DNA of 64,000 nt from NCBI GenBank assembly GCA_963737905.1, contig CAVTUQ010000008.1, positions 199,982 to 263,981 of the forward strand. Direction: 5' to 3'. The notes under the pieces were generated by a model. That model made no database searches. It was given only the letters and a program-made list of their open reading frames with translations, and was not told the origin of the DNA. The stretch's first letter is position 1, and the number at the start of each line of letters is the position of its first letter. Below, one piece after another: positions 20,877-29,514 of the stretch. The translations under genes were made by a program, and so were the position numbers. Source of the stretch: an uncultured delta proteobacterium. Its GTDB lineage: Bacteria; Desulfobacterota; Binatia; UBA9968.

Positions 20877-21296
20877 GTGAAAGCTGCGCAAAGACTTAAT
20901 GGGGTCATCTTTTCGGATCTGGGTCAAGCAGCCTCTTTTATGGGGTTGGATTGGGTCCAAGAAGCGCTAAAGAAAAGCCTGGGGTTTTCACCCTTCCCGG
21001 CGACACTCAATCTGCGACCCTGGGCGTGGGAGGATGCGCAGGTTTGGGAAGCTGTTCAAAATGCATCTAGGGGTGTTGCGCTCCCGCCGGTGAATGGCGG
21101 ATTTTGTAGCGCGCGGCTTTATCAAGTTCGCATCCATCGGCCGGCGAACTCCAATGACAAAATGGATGGCGCGGTATTGCTGCCTGACGTCAGGGATTAT
21201 CCAAAGGACAAAATCGAAATTATTGCGCCGATGCGGTTGAAAGAGGCGTTGGGCGTAGAAGACGGAGACCAACTTACATTGGAGTTTGTCAATTGA
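20877..21296 (+). CDS. Archaeal-type CTP-dependent riboflavin kinase (DUF120) homolog
   Basis: G.IFSDLGQA..FM, LGFSPFPATLNL and IEIIAPMRLKEALGVEDGD match the family pattern, with substitutions. Confidence 0.8.
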   Translation: MKAAQRLNGVIFSDLGQAASFMGLDWVQEALKKSLGFSPFPATLNLRPWAWEDAQVWEAVQNASRGVALPPVNGGFCSARLYQVRIHRPANSNDKMDGAVLLPDVRDYPKDKIEIIAPMRLKEALGVEDGDQLTLEFVN

Positions 21297-21946
21297 GTAA
21301 CAAAAGAAGACTGATCGTTGGTATTTCCGGGGCCACGGGAGCGGTTTATGGAGTTCGAATCCTCGAGATCCTCTCGAGGATCGAGGATATGGAAACTCAT
21401 TTGGTCCTGACCAAAGCGGGCAAAATGACCATTCAGGTTGAGACTACGTACTCTGTGAAAGACGTCGAGGCTATGGCTGGCGTGGTTCATGATATTAACA
21501 ACATCGGCGCGAGTATCTCCAGCGGTTCATTTCGGACCGAGGGCATGGTCATCGCCCCCTGTTCGATGAAGTCAATGGGTAGTATTGCGCACTCCATTGG
21601 CGGCGACTTGTTGGTGCGTGCGGCAGACGTCGTGTTGAAGGAGCGCAAGAAACTCGTTCTCGTCGTCCGGGAAACACCGCTTCACTTGGGACATCTTGAA
21701 GCCATGGTGACACTAACGCGCATGGGCGCGGTCGTGTTTCCGCCGGTGCCTGCTTTCTATCATCGACCTAAAACCCTGGATGAAGTGATCAACCAGACGG
21801 TTACGCGCATTTTGGATCAGTTCGACATCGATGTGAAACTATTCCACCGTTGGGACGACGAGGGGATGAGCCGCCATCCGGATGCGGGAAAGACCACGCC
21901 ACTCGCCGCCGCCAAAGAGCGCCAGCAAATTAAGAAGCAACGTTGA
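21293..21946 (+). CDS. ubiX: Flavin prenyltransferase
   Basis: GISGATGA.YG, ISSGSF, APCSMK, RAADVVLKERKKLVLVVRETPL, PPVPAFYHRP. Confidence 0.96.
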   Translation: MSNKRRLIVGISGATGAVYGVRILEILSRIEDMETHLVLTKAGKMTIQVETTYSVKDVEAMAGVVHDINNIGASISSGSFRTEGMVIAPCSMKSMGSIAHSIGGDLLVRAADVVLKERKKLVLVVRETPLHLGHLEAMVTLTRMGAVVFPPVPAFYHRPKTLDEVINQTVTRILDQFDIDVKLFHRWDDEGMSRHPDAGKTTPLAAAKERQQIKKQR

Positions 21947-21967
21947 AAGCCGTCCTTCTGCCAGCTC

Positions 21968-23017
21968 ATGCCACGCCGCAGGGTCCAAAAAGCGCTTACC
22001 AAGACCCAGCAACGCAAAAAAGAACATCTCGAACTTTGCCTTGACACCACAAGCGTTACTGGCCGTTTCGGCACCGGGCTGGATCGTTATAGCTTCGTCC
22101 ACAATGCCCTACCGGATCTCGACATCGACGAGATCGATGTCAGCACGAACTTCCTGGGGAAAAGACTTCAAGCGCCGATCCTTATCTCCTCAATGACCGG
22201 TGGGTTTGACCTCGCTCGGCAGGTAAATCGTAACCTGGCCGCGGCAGCCCAGCGACTGGGTCTGGCCATGGGCGTCGGCTCCCAGCGGGTTGCCATCGAA
22301 GAGCCATCGGTTGCGGATTCTTTCAAGGTTCGCGATGTAGCCCCGGACATTCTGCTGCTCTCTAACCTTGGCGCCGTGCAGCTCAACTACGGCTATACCG
22401 TCGATCATTGCCGAAGGGCCGTCGAGATGATCGGCGCCGATGGGCTGATTCTCCATCTCAACGTGTTGCAGGAAGCGGTTCAGCCAGAAGGCAATCGTAA
22501 CTTTAAGGGTGTGGGCGCAAAGATCGCAGAGGTGTGCCGGGAATTGGAAGTCCCGGTTATGGTCAAGGAAGTCGGCAGCGGTATCTCCGCCGATGTGGCG
22601 GTGCGGCTAAAGCAGGCCGGCGTCAAAGCCATTGATGTGGCCGGCAGAGGTGGCACCTCGTGGTATGCGGTGGAAGCTCAACGGGCGGCAAAACAGGGGC
22701 AAGCGGCTGAGAGGACATTCGCGGACTGGGGGATCCCGACCGAAGAGGCCCTGGTCGCGGTGCGGCAAGCGGTCCCCGATCTTCAAATCGTTGCCTCAGG
22801 CGGTGTCCGCACGGGGTTAGACATTGCCAAATGTATGGCCATGGGTGCGGATATGAGCGCTTTTGGTCAGCCGTTATTGGCCGCAGCTTTGGAGTCGTCG
22901 GAGAAGGTGGTAGAATTTATCGGCGGGATCATCCATGAGATCAAAGTCACCATGCTTTGCGTCGGCGCAAGGGACCTGGATGCCCTCAAAAAGATGCCTA
23001 TTGTGCGGCGACCCTGA
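21968..23017 (+). CDS. fni: Type 2 (FMN-dependent) isopentenyl-diphosphate delta-isomerase
   Basis: [61 protein letters not shown]. Confidence 0.96.
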   Translation: MPRRRVQKALTKTQQRKKEHLELCLDTTSVTGRFGTGLDRYSFVHNALPDLDIDEIDVSTNFLGKRLQAPILISSMTGGFDLARQVNRNLAAAAQRLGLAMGVGSQRVAIEEPSVADSFKVRDVAPDILLLSNLGAVQLNYGYTVDHCRRAVEMIGADGLILHLNVLQEAVQPEGNRNFKGVGAKIAEVCRELEVPVMVKEVGSGISADVAVRLKQAGVKAIDVAGRGGTSWYAVEAQRAAKQGQAAERTFADWGIPTEEALVAVRQAVPDLQIVASGGVRTGLDIAKCMAMGADMSAFGQPLLAAALESSEKVVEFIGGIIHEIKVTMLCVGARDLDALKKMPIVRRP

Positions 23018-23079
23018 CGGCTCTCCCGAGTTTCGAATTTCGAGGTGAAACCCAGGGACTCGAATCGAGCGACGCACGC

Positions 23080-23553
23080 ATGTCTGACTCCCTGAAACAG
23101 AAGGTCCTCGGTTACTTGGAAGGGCATAATACGATGACCCTGGGAACTTGTTCGGGCGATGTTCCCTGGACGGCGACGGTCTTTTATGCCAGCGAAGGCT
23201 TGCGCCTGTATTTTTTTTCGGTGCCGGATTCCCGCCATTGTCAAAACTTGACCGCCAATCCACGGGTTGCCGTGACCGTTCAAGAAGATTACCACGACTG
23301 GCAGAAGATCAAAGGTATTCAGCTGGAGGGCACCGCAGTCTTGGTGGACTCCATCGTTGAAAAGGCCAAGGCCATGACGGTTTATGCGCGGAAGTATCCG
23401 GACGTCATTAAACTTTTCACGAATCCGGCCAGCGGCCTGTTTTATAAGGCTTTTCTCAAGGTCAAATTCTATTGCGTGATCCCACAGAAGCTTTTTTTCA
23501 TCGACAATGAACAGGGGTTTGGCAAGCGGCAGGAGCTTGCTATTGATGCGTAG
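23080..23553 (+). CDS. Pyridoxamine 5'-phosphate oxidase-like split-barrel protein (YhbP-like)
   Basis: HNTMTLGT, PW.ATVFY, SRHCQNL.ANPRVAVTV, IKGIQLEG, IDNEQGFGKR. Confidence 0.85.
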   Translation: MSDSLKQKVLGYLEGHNTMTLGTCSGDVPWTATVFYASEGLRLYFFSVPDSRHCQNLTANPRVAVTVQEDYHDWQKIKGIQLEGTAVLVDSIVEKAKAMTVYARKYPDVIKLFTNPASGLFYKAFLKVKFYCVIPQKLFFIDNEQGFGKRQELAIDA

Positions 23554-23595
23554 ATCGAATAAGCAGGCGAAGCGTCTAAGGATGTAGGATTTACG

Positions 23596-24072
23596 ATGTC
23601 ACGACTGCTCGGAAAAGAACTGACGGAATCACTTTTTAAGCGACTCAATGGATACGAGGTCGAGGCCTATGAGGGCAAGATCATTCCCATTTTTACGCTA
23701 GATGAAGCGGGCTGGCCGCATCCTGCATTATTGTCCTACTACGAAGTCATAGCCAAGAACTCGACGACCCTTGACATCGCCCTATGGAAAAATAGTTCCA
23801 CCGCAAAAAATCTCCGGCAGACGAATAAGATCACATTTCTGATCTGCGATAAAGGCGTTAATTATTACCTGAAAGGCAGCGTTGAAGAGTTGCAGACAGA
23901 GATACCAGGTATCCCGTTACAGTCCCGGTTTCGCGTTACCGCGGAGCAGCTGCTGGAAGACCAGGAGCCCAACGCTGAGATCACGAGCGGCATGACCTAT
24001 AGGCGTCAGAGAGCGCGGGAAGCCAGCGATCCGGCCGTAGAAGTCTTTAACCGATTACGTGGCGAGCCATGA
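23596..24072 (+). CDS. PNPOx-like split-barrel protein
   Basis: TLDEAGWPHPALLS..EV, SSTAKNLR, YYLKG, EITSG.TY. Confidence 0.75.
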   Translation: MSRLLGKELTESLFKRLNGYEVEAYEGKIIPIFTLDEAGWPHPALLSYYEVIAKNSTTLDIALWKNSSTAKNLRQTNKITFLICDKGVNYYLKGSVEELQTEIPGIPLQSRFRVTAEQLLEDQEPNAEITSGMTYRRQRAREASDPAVEVFNRLRGEP

Positions 24073-25365
24073 AAGGCAAACGGGTCTTTTTCCTCGTTGT
24101 TGCGATCCTGGTGCTGGCGGGCACCGGGTACGGCTTTTGGCGTTGGGGGAACAGCCCCAAAGAGTCTCCCTATGTGACGATGCCGTTACAACGAGGGAAT
24201 ATTACTCAAGTGGTCTCATCGACCGGCACCCTGCAGGCCGTAGTTACGGTCCAAGTCGGGAGCCAGGTTTCCGGAACTATTGACAAGCTGTTCGCCGACT
24301 TCAATAGCAAAGTGAAAGCGGGGCAGGTGGTCGCCCAGCTGAATCAGGACAAGTTCAAGGCTGCCGTGGATCAAGCTCGGGCCAATCTCCTCGCCGCGGA
24401 ATCCAATCTGGCCAAAGTCAAAGTTAGCGTTATCGATGCGCGAGCGAACCTTGGACCGGAGTCAAGAGCTGCGCAAGCGGGATTTAATGGCTCAAAGCGA
24501 GCTTGACACGGCGCAGACCACTTATGATGCGGCGCTGGCTCAACTGGAAGTCAACAAGGCACAGAGGGCGCAAACCGAGGCCGCATTGAGTCAAGCGACA
24601 GTCGATCTCAACAACACGGTCATTCGCTCCCCCGTGGACGGTATCGTTATCTCGCGCACCGTGGATGTGGGCCAAACCGTTGCCGCCTCCCTCCAGGCGC
24701 CGATCTTGTTTACGATTGCTAACGACCTCGCCAAAATGGAAGTACATACTAACGTCGATGAAGCCGATGTGGGCAACGTGACCGAAGGCCAGGAAGTGAC
24801 TTTTACCGTCGATGCTTTTCCAGCGCGCCGCTTCCGAGGTCGAGTACATCAGGTGCGCAATTCGCCTAACATAGTGCAGAACGTGGTGACCTACGATGCC
24901 GTCGTCCGCATCGATAACAAGGAACTGTTGCTCAAGCCAGGCATGACCGCGAACGTGCAGTTTTTGGTCAGTCGAAAGGAAAATATTTTGACCATCCCGA
25001 ATATGGCTATCCGCTTCAAGCCGCCTGATCAGAAAGATGAAGCCCAGGAGCTGTTGCGTCGGGAGCAAAGCCGGGCGGCCCCCACTATCGGCGCTAAACG
25101 AACGAGCCGCGTAGCCGGTGGTGGCTCCGGCGGCACAGGCCGCGGTGGGAGGCGTCTTTCTATTTATGTTCTCAGAGACGGCAGGGCCGAGCCGGTTGAG
25201 GTCCAGCTCGGCATCACCGACGGGTCTAAAACCGAGGTGAGAGAAGGCGACCTCCAGGAGAATGATCCGGTGATCATTGGCATGGCAAGCGCGGGAGCAC
25301 GGGGTCAAACAGGGGTTGTGAACCCTTTCCAGCCAAGTCAACCGCGTGGGTTTGGTTTTCGATGA
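24069..25365 (+). CDS. MacA-like periplasmic adaptor, split by a +1 frameshift near 24441
   Basis: VQVGSQVSGTI...DFNS.VK.GQ in the first frame; IRSPVDG, GQTVAASLQAP, VDEADVG, LKPGMTA in the second; removing one base gives DAERTLDR. Confidence 0.85.
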
Positions 25366-26108
25366 GCGAAGTCATCCGCGTTGAGGCTCTCCATAAAACC
25401 TATCGTATGGGGGACATAGAGGTGCCGGCGCTGCGAGGCATTAACCTCGCCATTGATCGTGGTGAGTTCGTCGCCGTCATGGGCTCTTCCGGCTCCGGCA
25501 AGTCCACTTTTATGAATATCCTGGGTTGTCTTGACCGTCCCACCGGAGGCAAATATTTTCTCGAGGGAGAGGAGGTGGGTTCTTTTTCTCGGGACCAATG
25601 GGCTCACATCCGCAACAAACGGATTGGTTTCGTGTTTCAGGGTTTTAATCTTCTATCCCGAACCACCGCACTAGAAAATGTGGAGCTGCCGATGATGTAT
25701 AATGGCTTTGCGGGCAAGCAGCGGCGCAATCGGGCGGTGGAAGTTCTTTCGTTGGTGGGACTCGGCGAGCGGCTTGACCATGCGCCCAATCAGCTTTCCG
25801 GCGGGCAACAGCAACGGGTGGCCATCGCCAGGGCTCTGGTCAACGGTCCCTCATTGATTCTTGCCGATGAACCGACGGGAAATCTGGACTCTGCGACCAG
25901 TGCCGATATCATGACCTTGTTTCAACGACTGAACTCGGATCAGGGCATCACCATTGTCGTCGTTACGCACGAACAGGACATCGCCGACTATGCTCAGCGG
26001 CGAGTGATGTTCCGTGACGGCGTAATCGTCTCGGATGAACGAAAGGCTGAAAGGTTAAGCGATCCGGAGCGTTGGAGTGGACAAAACGAAGCCAAGACAT
26101 CTGGATGA
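25362..26108 (+). CDS. ABC transporter ATP-binding protein (MacB/LolD type)
   Basis: [35 protein letters not shown]. Confidence 0.95.
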   Translation: MSEVIRVEALHKTYRMGDIEVPALRGINLAIDRGEFVAVMGSSGSGKSTFMNILGCLDRPTGGKYFLEGEEVGSFSRDQWAHIRNKRIGFVFQGFNLLSRTTALENVELPMMYNGFAGKQRRNRAVEVLSLVGLGERLDHAPNQLSGGQQQRVAIARALVNGPSLILADEPTGNLDSATSADIMTLFQRLNSDQGITIVVVTHEQDIADYAQRRVMFRDGVIVSDERKAERLSDPERWSGQNEAKTSG

Positions 26109-26123
26109 TTGCCTCGCGGGCCG

Positions 26124-26158
26124 AATCTAAAATCGCAAATCGAAAATCCAAAATCGTA
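26124..26158 (+). repeat. Heptamer tandem repeat (AATCNNA x5)
   Basis: aatctaa aatcgca aatcgaa aatccaa aatcgta. Confidence 0.8.
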
Positions 26159-27372
26159 TGTGGTTCATGACTTTTAGAATCGCCCTGCGCGCGCTGGCGC
26201 GGAACAAACTCCGGTCGTTTCTGACGATGCTCGGAATTATCATCGGTGTCGGCGCGGTGATTGCGATGGTTGCCATTGGCGAGGGCGCTAAGGCAACGAT
26301 TCGCTCCCAGATTGCTAGCCTTGGGACGAACGTCTTGATCATTTTGCCGGGAACTACGACGCAGGGGGGGGTCAGAGTGGGTTTTGGCAGCGTCAATACG
26401 CTAACGGACGGGGATGCTAAGGCCATCAGGGAAGAGGTCCGGTCTGTTTCGTTTGTCTCACCGGTTCTGCGTCGTGGGGAACAGGTGGTGGCGGGCAATC
26501 TCAACTGGGGTACTTTGGTTCAGGGCGTCGCTCCCGAGATTCAACAGATCCGGGAGTGGGAGATCGCGGAGGGGCGTTTTCTGCACGACGGCGACATCGA
26601 AAACGACGCTAAGGTGGCCGTGCTGGGTCAAACCGTCGTCAGAAACCTCTTCGGTAATGATGAACCCCTCGACAGCGTGATCCGCATTCGCAATATTCCT
26701 TTTCGTGTAGTCGGCATATTGACGGAGAAGGGGCAAAGTAGCCAGGGCGCGGACCAGGACGATACCGTGATGATTCCTTATACCAGCATGCAGAAGCGGT
26801 TGCTGCGCATCACGAGTGTGCAAACCATTGTGGTCTCTGCCGTCAGCGCCGAACGTGTCCAGGAGGCGAAGGAGCAGATTACCTTACTCCTGCGCCAGCG
26901 CCATCGGATCGGCCAAGACCGCGACGACGATTTTAACATTCGCAATCTCTCCGATATCGCCGAAGCGGCTTCGAGCACGGCTCAGGTGATGGCGATTCTG
27001 CTTGGTGCCGTGGCTTCGATCTCACTTTTGGTGGGAGGCATCGGGATCATGAATATCATGTTGGTGTCAGTCACGGAGCGGACCCGCGAGATCGGCATCC
27101 GCATGGCCGTCGGCGCACGCAGTCGAGACATCATGCTGCAGTTTCTCGTGGAAGCGGTTGTAATGGCGGCCACAGGTGGCTCGATCGGTATTCTACTCGG
27201 CATCGGCAGCTCGGAGATTTTAAAGGTTTGGGCCCACTGGCCGACCTTGGTAAGTCCGGTGATCGTCGCGGTCGCCTTTCTCTTCTCGGCCGCTGTGGGT
27301 GTCTTCTTTGGTTTCTATCCCGCCCAGAAAGCAGCCAGTCTCGATCCCATCGACGCGTTGCGCTACGAATGA
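26158..27372 (+). CDS. ABC permease (MacB/FtsX type)
   Basis: RSFLTMLGIIIGV, GGIGIMNIMLVSVTERTREIGIRMAVGA, LDPIDALRYE. Confidence 0.95.
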   Translation: MWFMTFRIALRALARNKLRSFLTMLGIIIGVGAVIAMVAIGEGAKATIRSQIASLGTNVLIILPGTTTQGGVRVGFGSVNTLTDGDAKAIREEVRSVSFVSPVLRRGEQVVAGNLNWGTLVQGVAPEIQQIREWEIAEGRFLHDGDIENDAKVAVLGQTVVRNLFGNDEPLDSVIRIRNIPFRVVGILTEKGQSSQGADQDDTVMIPYTSMQKRLLRITSVQTIVVSAVSAERVQEAKEQITLLLRQRHRIGQDRDDDFNIRNLSDIAEAASSTAQVMAILLGAVASISLLVGGIGIMNIMLVSVTERTREIGIRMAVGARSRDIMLQFLVEAVVMAATGGSIGILLGIGSSEILKVWAHWPTLVSPVIVAVAFLFSAAVGVFFGFYPAQKAASLDPIDALRYE

Positions 27373-27391
27373 TTTTAGGGTCTCCTAAATC
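27371..27391 (+). terminator. Short hairpin just after the permease stop
   Basis: gattttagg-gtct-cctaaatc near-perfect inverted repeat; no clear U-tract. Confidence 0.3.
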
Positions 27392-27449
27392 GAGTCGTAT
27401 TCGCCTCCACCCTTGCGTACTCACTGAACATGCTGAATGATTTCTACCA

Positions 27450-27490
27450 TTGACATAAACTTGCCGACTCTATACATGAAAAATTGTATA
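27450..27490 (+). promoter_or_regulatory. Promoter/operator candidate upstream of the antiporter
   Basis: TTGACA at 27450, followed by the palindrome TATACA-N8-TGTATA (27471-27490) over the -10 region. Confidence 0.4.
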
Positions 27491-27676
27491 AGACACACAG
27501 GCCCAAGTGAATCGTGTTTCCGGCAAACGGCTCTAAATATGGGCCCTCGGCGCATCCGAGGCGATGGCGATCGTCATGTCGCAATCTGTTCCCAGCGTTG
27601 CGCTCCAGCGAAATGGTATCGGATTAGCTGCATGGGTGTCGACTGAGCCTGACGGCATAGTCAGGAGGAAAGGGGT

Positions 27677-29458
27677 ATGGACACCGATCAAATATTGCTG
27701 GCTGTTGTTGTGATGCTCACAGCGGTCGTGATCGCAGGCGGCGTGGCGAAGAAGTTGAATCTGGGCTCCATCGTGGCGCTGCTGGCCGTCGGTATGGCGC
27801 TCGGCCCGCATTCGCCGAGGCCGCTCTTGACCGATCACATCGATGAGCTGCAGGCGGTGGGCGAAATCGGTGTGGTGTTGCTGCTGTTTGTCATCGGGCT
27901 GGGCACCAAGCCCGAGAGACTTTTGTCGATGCGCCGGCTCGTCTTTGGCTTGGGCACCGCACAGCTTCTCCTCACCGCCGCGGCCATTGCCGGCCTTCTG
28001 ATAGCGGTGGCTGTGGAGCAGTGGCAATGGGCACTCATCGTTGGCCTCGGGCTAGCGATGAGCTCGGACGCGGTCGCAGTTTCCACTCTCGAGGAGCGCG
28101 CCGAAGGCGCGAGCCTGCACGGCCGGGCAGTGATGGCCGTGCTGATCAATCAAAGCTTTATGGTGATCCCGGTGTTGGCGATTATTCCAATCCTCGCTGC
28201 GGGCCCTGCGCACAGCGTTCCTATGCCGACCTTCGACAAAACGCTTCAAGTGATCGCCGCAGTCGCGGCCGTTTACGGTTTGGGCCGTTACGCGCTGCCG
28301 AAGATGCTCACGTGGGCAGCTCTGAAGCTTGGTGTCGAATCCTTCACCTTGATCATCGTCGCCGCCGTCTTGGGGGCCGCGTGGGCCATGGACAGAGTTG
28401 GCGTATCGATGGCGTTGGGTTCTTTCATGATCGGCATGTTCCTCTCTACGTCCGATTTTGCCGAACAGATCAAGGCGTCCGTGTCGTTAATGAAAGGTTT
28501 GTTGCTCGGGCTTTTCTTTATCGCCGTTGGCATGGCAATCGATTTGAAGGAAGTGGCCGCGCTGGGAGGGGAATTCCTGCTCGCTTTGCCGGCCCTGCTG
28601 TTGATCAAGTTTGCCGTTGCCTTCGTGCTGGCACTGGTCTTTGGCCTCGGGCTCCGCTCCGCCGTTTTGGCCGGCCTGTTGCTGATGCCTTTAGACGAAA
28701 TCGCTTATGTTATCTTTGCCAGCGCGCATGGAAGCGGCCTGCTGAGCGACCGGGCCTATACGGTGGGCCTGACGATGATCTCGTTCTCCTTTGTCCTTTC
28801 GCCCGTGCTGATTAATCTGGGTTACAAATGGAGCGACCGGCTGGCGAGCGCGCCGAAACCCGACGTGCCGCTCAAAGCCTTAGGCGAGTCGATCGAGAAT
28901 CGTGTGGTTGTTGTCGGTTACAGTTACGTTGGCCGCTCGATCTGCGCCATACTGGAGCTGGCGAAGGTTCCCTACATCGCTTTCGAGATCGATTTCGAGC
29001 GTCTCTCCGAGGCGAAGAAATGGAACCACAACGCTCACTATGGCGATGTTACGGAGCCTATGATGATGGGTACAATCTCCATCGCCCGCGCCCGTTCCGT
29101 GATCCTGACAACGAGTGGGTATGAGGCAACTAAACGGATGATCGGTAATCTGCGGGAGTTCTATCCGAGTGTTCCGGTCATGACCGCCGTCCAGTATCTG
29201 GTTCAGCGTGACGAGCTGCGGCGCATGGGTGCGAGGCAAGTGGTTGCACTGATGCCGGAGGCCACCTTGCGTTTCAGCCGGTCGGTCCTCAGTAATCTTG
29301 GTGTCGCGCCAGACGAAGTCGAGTCGATCATCAACGCATTCGCGGCTGACGACTACGCCGTGATGCGCGTCGTCGGCGGCGTCGGCCCACAGACGACGCC
29401 GAAGGAGGCCGGTGTTGTCAACCACCAGGAAAGAGCTCGTGTGACGCCGGCTGTCTAA
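27677..29458 (+). CDS. CPA2 cation:proton antiporter with KTN/RCK domain (KefB/KefC-like)
   Basis: EIGVVLLLFVIGL, SMALGSF, KGLLLGLFFIAVGM, C-terminal YGDVT Rossmann-like domain. Confidence 0.88.
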   Translation: MDTDQILLAVVVMLTAVVIAGGVAKKLNLGSIVALLAVGMALGPHSPRPLLTDHIDELQAVGEIGVVLLLFVIGLGTKPERLLSMRRLVFGLGTAQLLLTAAAIAGLLIAVAVEQWQWALIVGLGLAMSSDAVAVSTLEERAEGASLHGRAVMAVLINQSFMVIPVLAIIPILAAGPAHSVPMPTFDKTLQVIAAVAAVYGLGRYALPKMLTWAALKLGVESFTLIIVAAVLGAAWAMDRVGVSMALGSFMIGMFLSTSDFAEQIKASVSLMKGLLLGLFFIAVGMAIDLKEVAALGGEFLLALPALLLIKFAVAFVLALVFGLGLRSAVLAGLLLMPLDEIAYVIFASAHGSGLLSDRAYTVGLTMISFSFVLSPVLINLGYKWSDRLASAPKPDVPLKALGESIENRVVVVGYSYVGRSICAILELAKVPYIAFEIDFERLSEAKKWNHNAHYGDVTEPMMMGTISIARARSVILTTSGYEATKRMIGNLREFYPSVPVMTAVQYLVQRDELRRMGARQVVALMPEATLRFSRSVLSNLGVAPDEVESIINAFAADDYAVMRVVGGVGPQTTPKEAGVVNHQERARVTPAV

Positions 29459-29514
29459 AAGGTATGCGTTTGGATCACCCTCTCGTTCGATGGCATGTAA
29501 AGTAAGGTCTTGCA

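Noticed and set aside
21293-21946. UbiX as evidence of ubiquinone biosynthesis
   Set aside because: No ubiA/E/B or mqn genes in the window, and the UbiDs sit in a catabolic context.
24430-24450. Programmed frameshift in the MacA-like gene
   Set aside because: No slippery heptamer, and similar indels elsewhere point to sequencing error.
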